Below, in pieces: positions 53,428 through 64,000 of a stretch of 64,000 nt of DNA. A program made the position numbers and the translations under genes. Each line of letters opens with the position of its first letter. Within the stretch, counting starts at the first letter, position 1. The notes beneath the pieces were generated by a model, which worked only from the letters and a program-made list of their open reading frames with translations, was not told where the DNA came from and searched no databases. The stretch comes from Tubulanus polymorphus (taxonomy: Eukaryota; Animalia; Nemertea), in contig NC_134029.1 in NCBI RefSeq assembly GCF_964204645.1, positions 16,734,950 through 16,798,949 on the forward strand, given 5' to 3'.

Positions 53428-55020
53428 ATGGCAGAAGGTGGAGAAGATTATGAAATGGGAGGAATGGGAAATAATAATGACGGGTATATTGATGATTATA
53501 ATGATGCTGAAAATAATATTGATAATAATGATGAAACAGCATATAATTCTAATTTAGCAGATAGTGGTTCTAAAGCCCCATCAACAGATGAATTTGATAG
53601 AAGAACTAGATCGAGAATAAATCCTGAAAATGAAAATCAAGGTTTAGCAAGACAAGATTTAGAATATAATGAAAATATTTATAAATTCAAACCTGTATTT
53701 GAAAGATCTGGGTATAATATAAATGATAGAGATGCCGAACGTTTAGTAGGAGATTTAAAACTTTTAGAAGGTAAATATTATTATCATTTGGATGGTGATT
53801 ATTATATTGATATCACTAATCAAAGGACAAGACTAAACAAAATATTAGCAAAATCAACTTTGGAAAAATTAGAACCAGATAGAATTAAAATAATAAGTAT
53901 TAATAATGAAATAACTGATGTTACACAAGAAGAAAGAAATGATAATATAAAAGAATTTAGTCAAAGAATTGATGACTTATTAAAAATAATCAATAAAAAT
54001 TCAGAAACAGAAATGGAAGAGTATGGAGATCGATTAGATAGATTAAGATCTTCAACACCCGAAACATCGAGAAGAGATATTCAACAAATTGATAATGATT
54101 CAAGTCAATTACAATTAGGAAAACATTTAGATAACTTACTGGATACAATGAATTCATTTGAAGAAGATATGATTAGTGTTTTAGATACACCCGGTGCTGA
54201 AACTGGAATAAATCGAATACAATCTTTACTAGAAAAAGGATTACTTGATTTAACTGATGATGAATTAGAAGCATTTCCTGAACAAACACGTAGAGAAATT
54301 AAAGGTATGCAATTTCACCAGCTGATTCTTGCTAATATTAAGATGAGATTTTCTAAAATAACCATGTTAGAAAAAGAATTAACTATTGCAAATGAAGAAT
54401 TAAAACATTTAGAATTAAATAGAGATCTTCAAGTAATAGAGGAAGCTGATTATGAAAGCAGAAAGTTAGCTTTAGAAAAAGAAATAGATGATTTGAAATA
54501 TAACAAAGAATTACAGGAAAAAGAAATTAAAATCATATGATCTTAATCATATCAAAAAATTAAAAGTTATTTTTAAAGATTTAATAATTAAACCAGATTC
54601 TAAAATATCATCGAAAGATAGAATAAAATTATTATTTAAGTTAGAAGGAATAACAATTCTTTCAATTCTAACATCTGTAACTATGGTATTTACAACAATT
54701 GGTTTAGCTATATCAAATTCACTGAAATCTACTCCTACTCCCAATAAACCGGATAAACCCCCAGATAGTAATTCGATACAAGATAAGTTAAAGATGGTTT
54801 AAAAAAATTAGCAAAATATTTATGGGAACTATCTAAAAAATCTGCTGCAGCTTTACCAGGAGTTATTGCATCAATTGTTGGTTTTATATTGAAATCTGCA
54901 GGAAACATTCTTAACTTTGCTGCTAAACATATTATTTTATTTTTAATTACAGTTGTAAGTGCTATTATTTTTGGATTCGTGAATATGATATCAAAAAATA
55001 TCAAGAAAAAATACACATAA
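53428..55020 (+). pseudogene. Large coiled-coil protein with C-terminal amphipathic/TM helices, disrupted after 54540
   Basis: 370-aa ORF, then downstream fragments ...KKSAAALPGVIASIVGFILKSAGNILNFAAKHIILFLITVVSAIIFG... Confidence 0.55.
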
Positions 55021-55054
55021 TAAAAAATAAATAATTAATTTTTTTGTTAAATAA

Positions 55055-56267
55055 ATGAGCGGGAGTTATATCAATCCTTCTAAGAATCATAGAATATCTA
55101 ATGCTATTTAAGATCACATCATATAATTACTCATAACCCTTCTAATATTAATCCCGATGAAACTTTATATGTTAGAATCCCTCCATTAACACAAAATACT
55201 TTTTATGTTCCAAATAGTATTTATTTATCAGCCGATATAAAAGTAACTGGTAATAATAATAATTACGTTGTTGATAATGTTGGAAGATATTTGATTAAAA
55301 AATTAACTATAAAGATTGGTCCAGAAACAGTTTTCTCATTAGATGATGATAATTTATTTATGCATTATAAAGATTTATGGTTAACTACAGAAAATAGAAA
55401 TAATATGATATTTCAAGGAATCCAATCAGAAAACCAAAATAAATTAAGACCAGAAGCACATAATGCAATATTAACTAATGCTATAGATAAATTGATAAAA
55501 AGTATATATGGAAGCAGATATAATAATTAAGATTTTGAATTGATAAATAATAATGCACCTTTATATAAATACGCAATTCAAGAAGATGTTATATTCGAAA
55601 TAACATTTGCTCCTGTTAATGAAATCGTAATATCTAGCGTTAATAAAGATATGGGTTATAAATTATCGAATATATGTTTAGAATATGATACAGTAACTGA
55701 TGAAAATATTTCAAGTATAATTCAAACTCAATACAATCAAGGATTTTCATTATTATATGATTATATTGATAAATTTTAAACTGTAACTATTAATGCAAAT
55801 GATGAAATTATTAATGAGAATATTAACTTCCCAAGAAGATCTATTTAAGGTATATTAATATTTTTTACCATTGCCACATATTCAAATGGTGAAATAAATG
55901 TTGATAATTATTATAATCCTGAAATAACAAAAGTAGAAATAACTATCGAAGGAATAGCAAATAAAATATTTTGTCAATGAATGAGAATGAACATTTTATG
56001 AATGAAAAAGTAAAATCATCTGAAAATTGTAATATTAATCAAATTGATTACTATATCGGTAATAAATACGCATTATGGTTAGATTTTAGAACAACAGAGG
56101 ATAATTCATTACATGGTTCTGGGAAAAAACTACAAAATACAAAAGATGGAATACAATTATTCATGACAAAGAATAAAGGAATCAAAAATTTCAAAATGCA
56201 TATTTATATTATATCTGACGCGCAATTAAATATCGTAAATTCTCAATTAAATAGTGTTATGTATTAG
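55055..56267 (+). pseudogene. Major capsid protein (double jelly-roll, Polinton/adintovirus type), fragmented
   Basis: IITHNPSNINPDETLYVRIP...VDNVGRYLIKKLTIK...NICLEYD...KYALWLDFRT...LHGSG...IYIISDAQLNI; beta-strand-rich, ~400 codons, several stops/frameshifts. Confidence 0.7.
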
Positions 56268-56299
56268 AATTTTAACTTTAATAAAAATTTATATAATAA

Positions 56300-56620
56300 A
56301 TGGAAGGAGGTAAAGTATATAAACATATTCCATATATCGATACCCATGAAAATAATGATGGCTTATATTATGTAATACCTTGTAATATAGCTTTGATATT
56401 TGATCCTATTTTTAAAATTTATAAAACTAAACTAATAGAAATCGATAATAATAAAAGTGGTGTTGTTGATAATTTAAGTAATGTAATTGATGATAATGTT
56501 ATACCTTCTACATCTAATAATGTAATACCTTCTACATCAGTAATTGTAAAAGTAGGGTTTCATACCAGAGGGCGAGAGGGCGAGACACCACTCATCACCA
56601 CAAGTAATTTTTTTTCCTAA
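56300..56620 (+). CDS. Hypothetical protein, 106 aa
   Basis: TAAATG start; short internal repeat (NVIPSTS x2). Confidence 0.45.
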   Translation: MEGGKVYKHIPYIDTHENNDGLYYVIPCNIALIFDPIFKIYKTKLIEIDNNKSGVVDNLSNVIDDNVIPSTSNNVIPSTSVIVKVGFHTRGREGETPLITTSNFFS

Positions 56621-56623
56621 TAA

Positions 56624-59600
56624 ATGGGGGAGAATGAACACCAACCAGAAAACAATAATGTTAATAAAAATCAATATTATTGCCAATATTGTAAAAAATA
56701 CATCGATACATCTCATAAAACACGACATGAAAAAACTGCAAATCATATAAAAAATGTAATAGATTTTGAAACTCCAGAAAATTCCAATGAAAGAAAAGAA
56801 AGATTAGAAAATATGAATGTGGATGAAATAAAATGTGAAGTTTGTAATGAATTTATAGTAAAAAGGAATTATAATAGACATCTCGAATCACAAAAACACC
56901 ATCAAAATTTGAGTAATAATGTTTTAGGAAAAGATTATTTCGATGATAAACCTCAAAAAGTAAAAAAACCAACTTCAAAAACTAAATCCATTTCAAATAA
57001 ACCTTACATGGAAAATGTTAGAAATTATATTGATTCACTAGAAATAAAAGATACAATTGAAATTTTAGAAACATTACATAGTAAAATTGGTCCAGCAGCT
57101 ATTATATTTAGATTTTTTAAAGGTACAACAATAGAAGATTATAGTAAATTTAATGAAATAAAAGAAAAAATACTAGATTTGATAACAGATGTTGAATATC
57201 CAAAAATTAGTATCTCTGGGAAAGTAAGTTTTATAAAGTCAGAAGAAAAAATGGATTATAATATTCAAACACTCTCTGAAGAAATAATTTCAAAAACGCA
57301 AATAAAAGGGAAGTTAGAAAAAATATTTAATGAATTTAAACGTCATATTGAAGAAAGATATTTTGAGGGTTCTGGCTTAACATTGAATGAAATTGTATAT
57401 TTAGATTTAAATGTTTACAATACAAAAAGGAATAAAACATCAAAAAGTAATAAAATGTTTAAAAATGATTCAAACTTTACAACAGAAAAGGATATTAAAG
57501 CATCATCTTATATTAAATTACCATTTACAACAAAAGCAGTAATAAATGTTCAAAATGAAGATAATAAATGTTTTCTATGGTCAATTATTAGTTGTTAACA
57601 CCCAACAGAAGATATGACGCATAGTTTTAGAATAACAAATTACCGGAAATATGAAACATTATATAAAATTGATCAATATCCAGTAACTATAAAAATGATT
57701 CCTAAAATAGAAAAAGTTAATAATTCAAAAATTAACGTATTCGAATTAATGCAATTACCAAAGACAAAAGGTGAAAATATTAAAGATTATACATTGGAAG
57801 CTTTATATTTAACAGAATATTATGATGATGAAAATGCTATAGATTTGTTATATTACAAAAAAGATGAAAATGAACATTATATGTGGTTAAAACAAATTGA
57901 TTTATTCTTTAGAACAGAAAGTGATCACCATAATAAAATTTATCTATGTAGAAAACGTTTATCTAAATTTATGACTGAGAATACATTATTAAAACATAAA
58001 GAATTATGTGATAATAAAGATTTTTGTAAATTAATAATGCCAACAGAAAAAGATTATAAATTGAAATTTACTAATCATAAATTTAAGAATATTGTTCCAT
58101 TTGTAATTTATGGGGATTTCAAATCGTTGAATAAAGAATTAACTGATCAAGATAGAAAAGAAATATATAACAAAAAGCAATTATTAAAATCAATGGATAA
58201 AGGAAATGAATTAAATGAAGACACAACACAAGACCCACCAATTATAAATACAATTAAAAAAGTTCATCAAAGAGCTGCTGCTTATGGAATTTATATAAAA
58301 TCAAATTATCCCGAATTATATGAAAGTCAATATATTTCTTTTAGAAGTGAAAATGTAGTTAATGATTTTTGTAACAAAATGATTGAATTAGAAAGTGATT
58401 TTGCAAAATTATTAAACAAAAATAAAAGAATAGTTATGACAAAAGAAGATGAAATTGATTTTAATTATGCAACTCATTGTTGTTATTGTGAAAAACGTTT
58501 TTATTCATTTGATAAAAAAGTTAGAGATCATGATCATTTAAATTCAAAATATCGTGGAGCTGCTCATGAAGATTGTAATTTACAAGCTAAGAAAGTTAAT
58601 TTCGTACCAATATTATTTCATAATTTATCAGGCTATGATACCCATCTATTTATAAAACAATTATCAAGGAAATTGGGCACAATTAATCAAGAAATAGAAG
58701 AATATAATGCTATGAATGGTGTAAATGTAAGAAATATGATTTTAAACTATTAGCTAAAACATCTGAAAATTATATTTCATTTCAATTTGGTTGCATTAGA
58801 TTTTTAGATTCTTATAGATTTCTAGCAAGTTCATTAGATAATTTATCAAAAAGTTTAGTTGATAATGATTTTGTTATAACTCGATATTATTATCCAAATG
58901 AACAAGATTTTAAATTATTGAGATATAAAGGTGCAATTCCTTATTCATTTTACAAAACACATGATGATTTTAATGTAACAGAATTATTAAAAGATCAATT
59001 TTATGATCAATTAAAAGAGGAGTATGTGAAAGATGAAGTGTTTAATAGAACATTAAATATTTGGAACCATTTTAAGATGAAAAATCATGGTGAATTAGTT
59101 GATTTATATTTAAAATCAGATGTTATGATATTGGCTGACATATTTGAAAAATTTAGAGAAGTTAATTTGAATCATTTTAATGTTGATCCTTGTTATTGCT
59201 ACTCTAGTCCTGGTTTAACCTGGCAATGTGGTTTAAAATATACAAATGTAGAATTAGATTTATTAAAAGAACCAGATATGGTTTTATTATTTGAAAAATC
59301 AATTAGAGGTGGAATTAGTGGTGTTATGGGAGATAGATATTTTAAAGCAAATGATGAATATAAATTATTATATATTGACGCCAATAATTTATATGGTTGG
59401 GCAATGATGCAACCTCAACCATATAAAAATTTTATATTAACAGAAGTTGAAAATGATGATAAAACTAATTGGGAAAGCGCAATTATGAGTTTAGAAGATG
59501 AAGCACCAATTGGTTATTTCTTTGTAGTTGATTTAGAATATCCTGAAAATATAAAGTGTAAAACAAGAAACTTACCTTATTGCCCAGAACATTTAACTGT

Positions 59601-61692
59601 AGATGATAGTTATTTAAGTGAATACCAGAAGAAAATAAAACCGAAAGATCATGTTTTTACAGAAAAATTAATACTTACTCAAAATAATAAATACAATTAT
59701 ATTGTTCATTATAGAATGTTAAAATTCTATCTAAAACAAGGAATGAAATTAAAGAAAGTACATAGATATATTGAATTTAATCAATCGAAGTGGTTAGAAA
59801 AATATATAGATTTCAATACTCATCTGAGAACAATATCAAAAACAGATTTTGAAAAAGATTTCTTCAAATTATTGAATAATAGTTTTTATGGTAAAACATG
59901 TGAAAATATTAGAAATAGAAATGACATTGAATTAGTGAATAATTCTGAAAGATTAAGACATTTACAATCAAGTCTTAGACATTTAGGAAATAAAAGATTT
60001 GAAGATTATTTAACAGCAGTTAAATTAAAAAGAACGTCAATGAAATTTAATAAACCTATATTCATTGGTTCAACTGTTTTAGAAGTATCAAAATTATTAA
60101 TGTATGATTTTTATTATAATGTTTTACAACCACTTTTTGGGGAAAAGCATATTGAAATATTATATTTTGATTCTGTAACAGCTGACACCCCAATATTATT
60201 AAAATGTAATGATAAAATATTGATAAGAAGAATTTCAGAAATAATTCCAAAACAAAATGAATGTTATATTTCATATGGTGAAAAAGAATTAATACAAATA
60301 AATGGTTTAATGGATGTTTGGACAAGAAATGGATGGAAAAAATTAAAGAATATTATTAGGCATAAAACAAATAAGAAAATCTATAGAGTTAGAACTAAAT
60401 TAGGGTTTGTAGATGTTACAGAAGATCATAGTTTAATTAAACGAAATGGCGATGAAATAAAACCAACTGGTATAAAAATTGGAGATGAATTATTACATAA
60501 AAGATTTTTCCAAAGAATGAATCATATGTCATTTGATGAAATAATTGATAATATTTATAACATAGAACCCGAAACATTAGAAGAAAAAGAATATTTCATC
60601 AAAGGATTTTTCATGGGAGATGGTTCAGCAGGTGTGTATAATTATGTTTGGGGTAATAAATATTGTTGGTATTTATGCAATCAAGACTTAAAATTATTAG
60701 AAAGAATTAAGAAATTCTGTGAAGAAGTTTATCCAAATAAAACATTTAGAATCATGAATGTTATGAAATCATCAGCAGTTTATAGAATACTTGTAAATAA
60801 TCCTAAAGATTTTGCTATAAAATATAATGATGAATTCTATATTCATGCAATAGTGAAAAGTTATACTTCAACAAAAGAAAAGATAGTTCCAGATTATGTA
60901 TTAAATGCAAAAAATAATTCAAGAAAATGGTTCTTCATTGGATTCTATGCGGCAGATGGTGCTAAAAAATTTACAAAGGATAAAAAGATAACCTTTGCAC
61001 AGAAAGGAAAAGTTGCTATATCAGGGTTAAATATATTATGTAATTCATTAGGCTTCAATATGAATATTGGATTGATTAAATCTAAACCAAATTGCTTTAA
61101 TCTAAGCCACACAGAAAAAGATTTAACTGAAGAAGTTAAAGATTTATTTGAAATATATAACCCATCAGATTATGTTTATGATTTATCAACTGAAGATGGT
61201 ACATTTAACTGTGGATTTCCATTAATTTGCTTCAATACTGACAGTTACATACTAAAAATCAAGACAAATGATATAACAAAAGACTTAAAAACATTAAAAC
61301 ATCATTTTGATTTTAGCAATTATCCCAAAGGTCATGAACTATTTAGCAATGATAATAAAAAGATTCCTGGTAAGTTTAAAGATGAATTAGGGGGTGATGA
61401 AATGATTGAATTTGTTGGGATAAGAGGTAAAATGTATAGTTATAGAACAAAAGATCATGAAGCTAAAAAGTTAAAAGTAATAACAAAACATGTGGTTGAT
61501 AAACATATAGAATTTCAAGATTATATAAAGTGTTTATATAACTCAATTGTAATGAAACACAAAATGAATTGTTTAAGATCAGAAGATCACGAGATGTACA
61601 TTAATGAAGTTGAAAAAACTAGTTTAAATCCATTTGATGATAAAAGGCATATTTTAGATGATGGTATAAAGACATTACCTTATGGCCATTAA
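56624..61692 (+). pseudogene. Protein-primed family B DNA polymerase 2 containing an intein; one in-frame stop (57596) and one frameshift (~58730)
   Basis: ORFs 56624-57598, 57614-58753 and 58918-61692 are colinear with polymerase 1; all PolB motifs present, motif C split by an insertion. Confidence 0.92.
60172..61236 (+). mobile_element. Intein (355 aa) with LAGLIDADG homing endonuclease in PolB motif C
   Basis: In-frame insertion ILYFD|SVTADTPILL...VDVTEDHSL...FIKGFFMGDG...FFIGFYAADG...YVYDLSTEDGTF...ICFN|TDSYIL; absent from polymerase 1. Confidence 0.93.
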
Positions 61693-62005
61693 AACATAAA
61701 ATCAATATCATCATACTCGAAATACTATTGGCTTCTTCATTTTCATTTAATTGTTTAGGTTCTTCTTCCATTTCATTTTTCTCATTTAAATATAGTTCTA
61801 TCTTGTTCCACATTTCATCTCGCTCTCTTTGTTTCTTTTTGTTTGTTAATTCATCAAATGGAATTATAATATCTATGTTTAAATAATTTTCAATCTTATT
61901 TAAAAAGAATTCTTAATTTATTGAATCTGTTATTCTATTTTCCAAATGATACATTGATATTTGTTTGAATATTTTTTTTATGTTTTTCATATCTTCTTCT
62001 GTTAA

Positions 62006-63001
62006 TTAAGGTTTTTCATAATAATCGTTAAATAATAAATATAAATACATTTTCTTTTGTTTTGTGTTAAATGTTGACGGAATAATTGTTTTAAGAATAT
62101 CTTTTTTAGTTATTTCACCATTTTTATTTTCTATTATTTTCATTTTTTCAAGCCATTGCATATATTCTGGTGTATGATCTTCTATAGAAAATATTTTAAA
62201 AATTTCATCTAGATAATTTAATTTTGGATCTATGAGAAAATTTCTAGTTTTTTCTTCACTCCATAAATTCTTTTGCCATACACATTCATTACAAAATAAC
62301 ACAGTACCTTCTTGTCTTAAGGTCGCATAACATTGTGGACATTTTCGTTTATAATTTATTGGTAATAGATCTTCATTAAGCTCTTGGTATTTTCTTACGT
62401 TTTCTTTATGTTTTATTGTTCTATTATGTAGATTTGAATTACTTGTTGTAATAATCAATTTACAATATTTACAATAATATGTTTTTCTTGTTAATTCATT
62501 ATATTGTTTTTCTAACTTTTCAACTGTTTCTTTATTATCTAGTAACGTTTTCTCATATTTTATTTTTTCTAATAAACTATTTTTTCTTTCATTGAATTCT
62601 GTTTCAAATTTATTAGAAATTTTATCTCTATGTGCTTGACGAAATTGATGATTCTCCCAATCTTCTATATTTTCAGGTCTATATTTTACTTGACAAGGCT
62701 CACAGAAATGATCTTTTATATTATCCTTGTCATAGAATAAGAAAGGTCTTTTCCAAATAATTTCAGGTTCAACTTCAGCAGAATTACTATTACTTTCATT
62801 ACTATCAACATTAGCCGTTGCGCCATTAATTTTACACTTCTCTGAATGTTTTTTGACATAATTTCTTGAGAATAATTTATTACATTTTGGACAGTTTAGT
62901 TTAGGGGGTTTATAATTTTCATCATGTTTTTTCATATGTCGAGCCATATTACTTTTTCTAAGAAGTTCACCACAAATTTCGCATGGTATCTTCTCATCCA
63001 T
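62006..63001 (-). CDS. Multi-zinc-finger viral protein, 331 aa
   Basis: CEIC...HMKKH, CPKC...HSEKC, CEPC...H...H, CKYC...H...H, CPQC...CNEC; TAAATG start. Confidence 0.7.
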   Translation of the reverse strand: MDEKIPCEICGELLRKSNMARHMKKHDENYKPPKLNCPKCNKLFSRNYVKKHSEKCKINGATANVDSNESNSNSAEVEPEIIWKRPFLFYDKDNIKDHFCEPCQVKYRPENIEDWENHQFRQAHRDKISNKFETEFNERKNSLLEKIKYEKTLLDNKETVEKLEKQYNELTRKTYYCKYCKLIITTSNSNLHNRTIKHKENVRKYQELNEDLLPINYKRKCPQCYATLRQEGTVLFCNECVWQKNLWSEEKTRNFLIDPKLNYLDEIFKIFSIEDHTPEYMQWLEKMKIIENKNGEITKKDILKTIIPSTFNTKQKKMYLYLLFNDYYEKP

Positions 63002-63069
63002 TTATTTAGGAAAAATTTTATTAAAATTAATTTTTAGTGATGAGCGGTAATTTTTTTATGTTATAAATA

Positions 63070-63828
63070 ATGGTAGAATTAAAAGAATACAGAATATTTG
63101 TTGATTCTAGAAAACTTACAAGTTATAAATCACATAATTTACTAGTTCAATTAGATAGAGAATTTAAGAATTGTGTAGATTTAAAATTAGTTAATATAAG
63201 TTTATGTAATTCTTTTAATAATATAACGGATAAACGTCTAGAACATTTAATTTTTTTCAATCTTTTACAAAAAAAGGAATAAATGGTTTTTTTTATATTT
63301 AAAACCAGGATTATATAATTTAGATACATTAGCACAAGAAATTAATAGAAAAGCTCGAGCTAAATTAGGAAGTGATTCCGGATTTAGTATTAGAATTTTA
63401 AAAAGTGATAGTTCTAATAAAATAAAGATTAGGTTAGCTAATGACGAACAATTTAAATTTACAGTAAGAAAACCTTTAGGTAAACTGTTGGGAATTAACC
63501 CAGATATTGTTACAGCATACGCAGAAGGTAGATCAAACTTAATACCTTTTACACATTTTTATATTTATTGCAATTTGATTGACCCAACAAAAACATTTGA
63601 AGCAACTAAAGATACAATTTGTAATTCTGGTTTATTAAATATTTTACCATTAAAAAATGTCAAACAATTTGGAACTCAAATAAATTATAATTTAACTGAA
63701 TGTGATTTCAAACCTTGTATTCCACATTTCAATAATTTTAAATTAGAAATAAGAAATCATAATGATATTTAATTGATTTGAATAACTTTCCTGTGATATA
63801 TGAATTAGTTATAAGATGTAGAGAGTAG
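63070..63828 (+). pseudogene. Minor capsid (penton-like) gene 2, frameshifted
   Basis: ORFs 63070-63282 and 63488-63772 are colinear with the reassembled penton-like gene 1. Confidence 0.65.
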
Positions 63829-63844
63829 TTTTTTCATTATATAA

Positions 63845-64000
63845 ATGAATATAACTGTTGGACCGAGTATATGTTTTGGATTTGATTTTAAACGTGAGAA
63901 AGAAATGAAATTTAACATTAATGATGTAATTACACATATCAAAAATATTGCATTTTCAAATGAAACAACATTTGAGTATGAAAAAACAATAGATAAAGAA
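63845..64000 (+). CDS. Homolog of the 50629 ORF, truncated by the window end
   Basis: MNITVGPSICFGFDFKREKEMKF...; two synonymous differences from 50629-50784. Confidence 0.7.
   Translation, partial: MNITVGPSICFGFDFKREKEMKFNINDVITHIKNIAFSNETTFEYEKTIDKE

Larger units (their letters stand above)
40020..64000. mobile_element. Endogenous Polinton/Maverick (adintovirus-like) viral region; two tandem units, decaying; runs off the window end
   Basis: Sharp shift to very AT-rich, intron-less, densely packed ORFs; two protein-primed PolB genes, penton-like and major-capsid-like genes; host TEs inserted within; left boundary approximate. Confidence 0.85.

Noticed and set aside
40020-64000. Bacterial, phage or organellar-plasmid contamination
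   Set aside because: Gene set is Polinton-like, and it is interrupted by a BEL/Pao element and Harbinger-like MITEs with target-site duplications; still needs read-level confirmation

Overview
This is animal (invertebrate-like) genomic DNA in two distinct halves. Bases 1-39.9 kb are ordinary host sequence. They hold a 5'-truncated, multi-exon PCF11 (+) and DPH3 (-, 3 exons). RFXAP (-, 3 exons) appears to start inside the last DPH3 exon, only 40 nt after the DPH3 stop, suggesting a bicistronic transcript. There is also a 5'-truncated non-LTR retrotransposon and several MITEs. From about 40 kb to the window end lies a very AT-rich, intron-less, decaying endogenous Polinton/Maverick (adintovirus-like) region with two head-to-tail units. 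Each unit has a protein-primed family B DNA polymerase and a penton-like gene; unit 1 also has a major capsid-like gene. Host transposons inserted in this region indicate it is really chromosomal. The headline observation is that the second polymerase carries an uninterrupted 355-aa intein with a LAGLIDADG homing endonuclease inserted in catalytic motif C (YFD|TDS). The paralogous polymerase about 11 kb upstream has the empty allele. Other observations are a shared T-tract+TAAATG start motif on most viral genes, a ~1 kb inversion, a 2.4 kb tandem duplication, and no visible integrase, ATPase or protease. All family calls come from motif recognition by eye; no searches were run.
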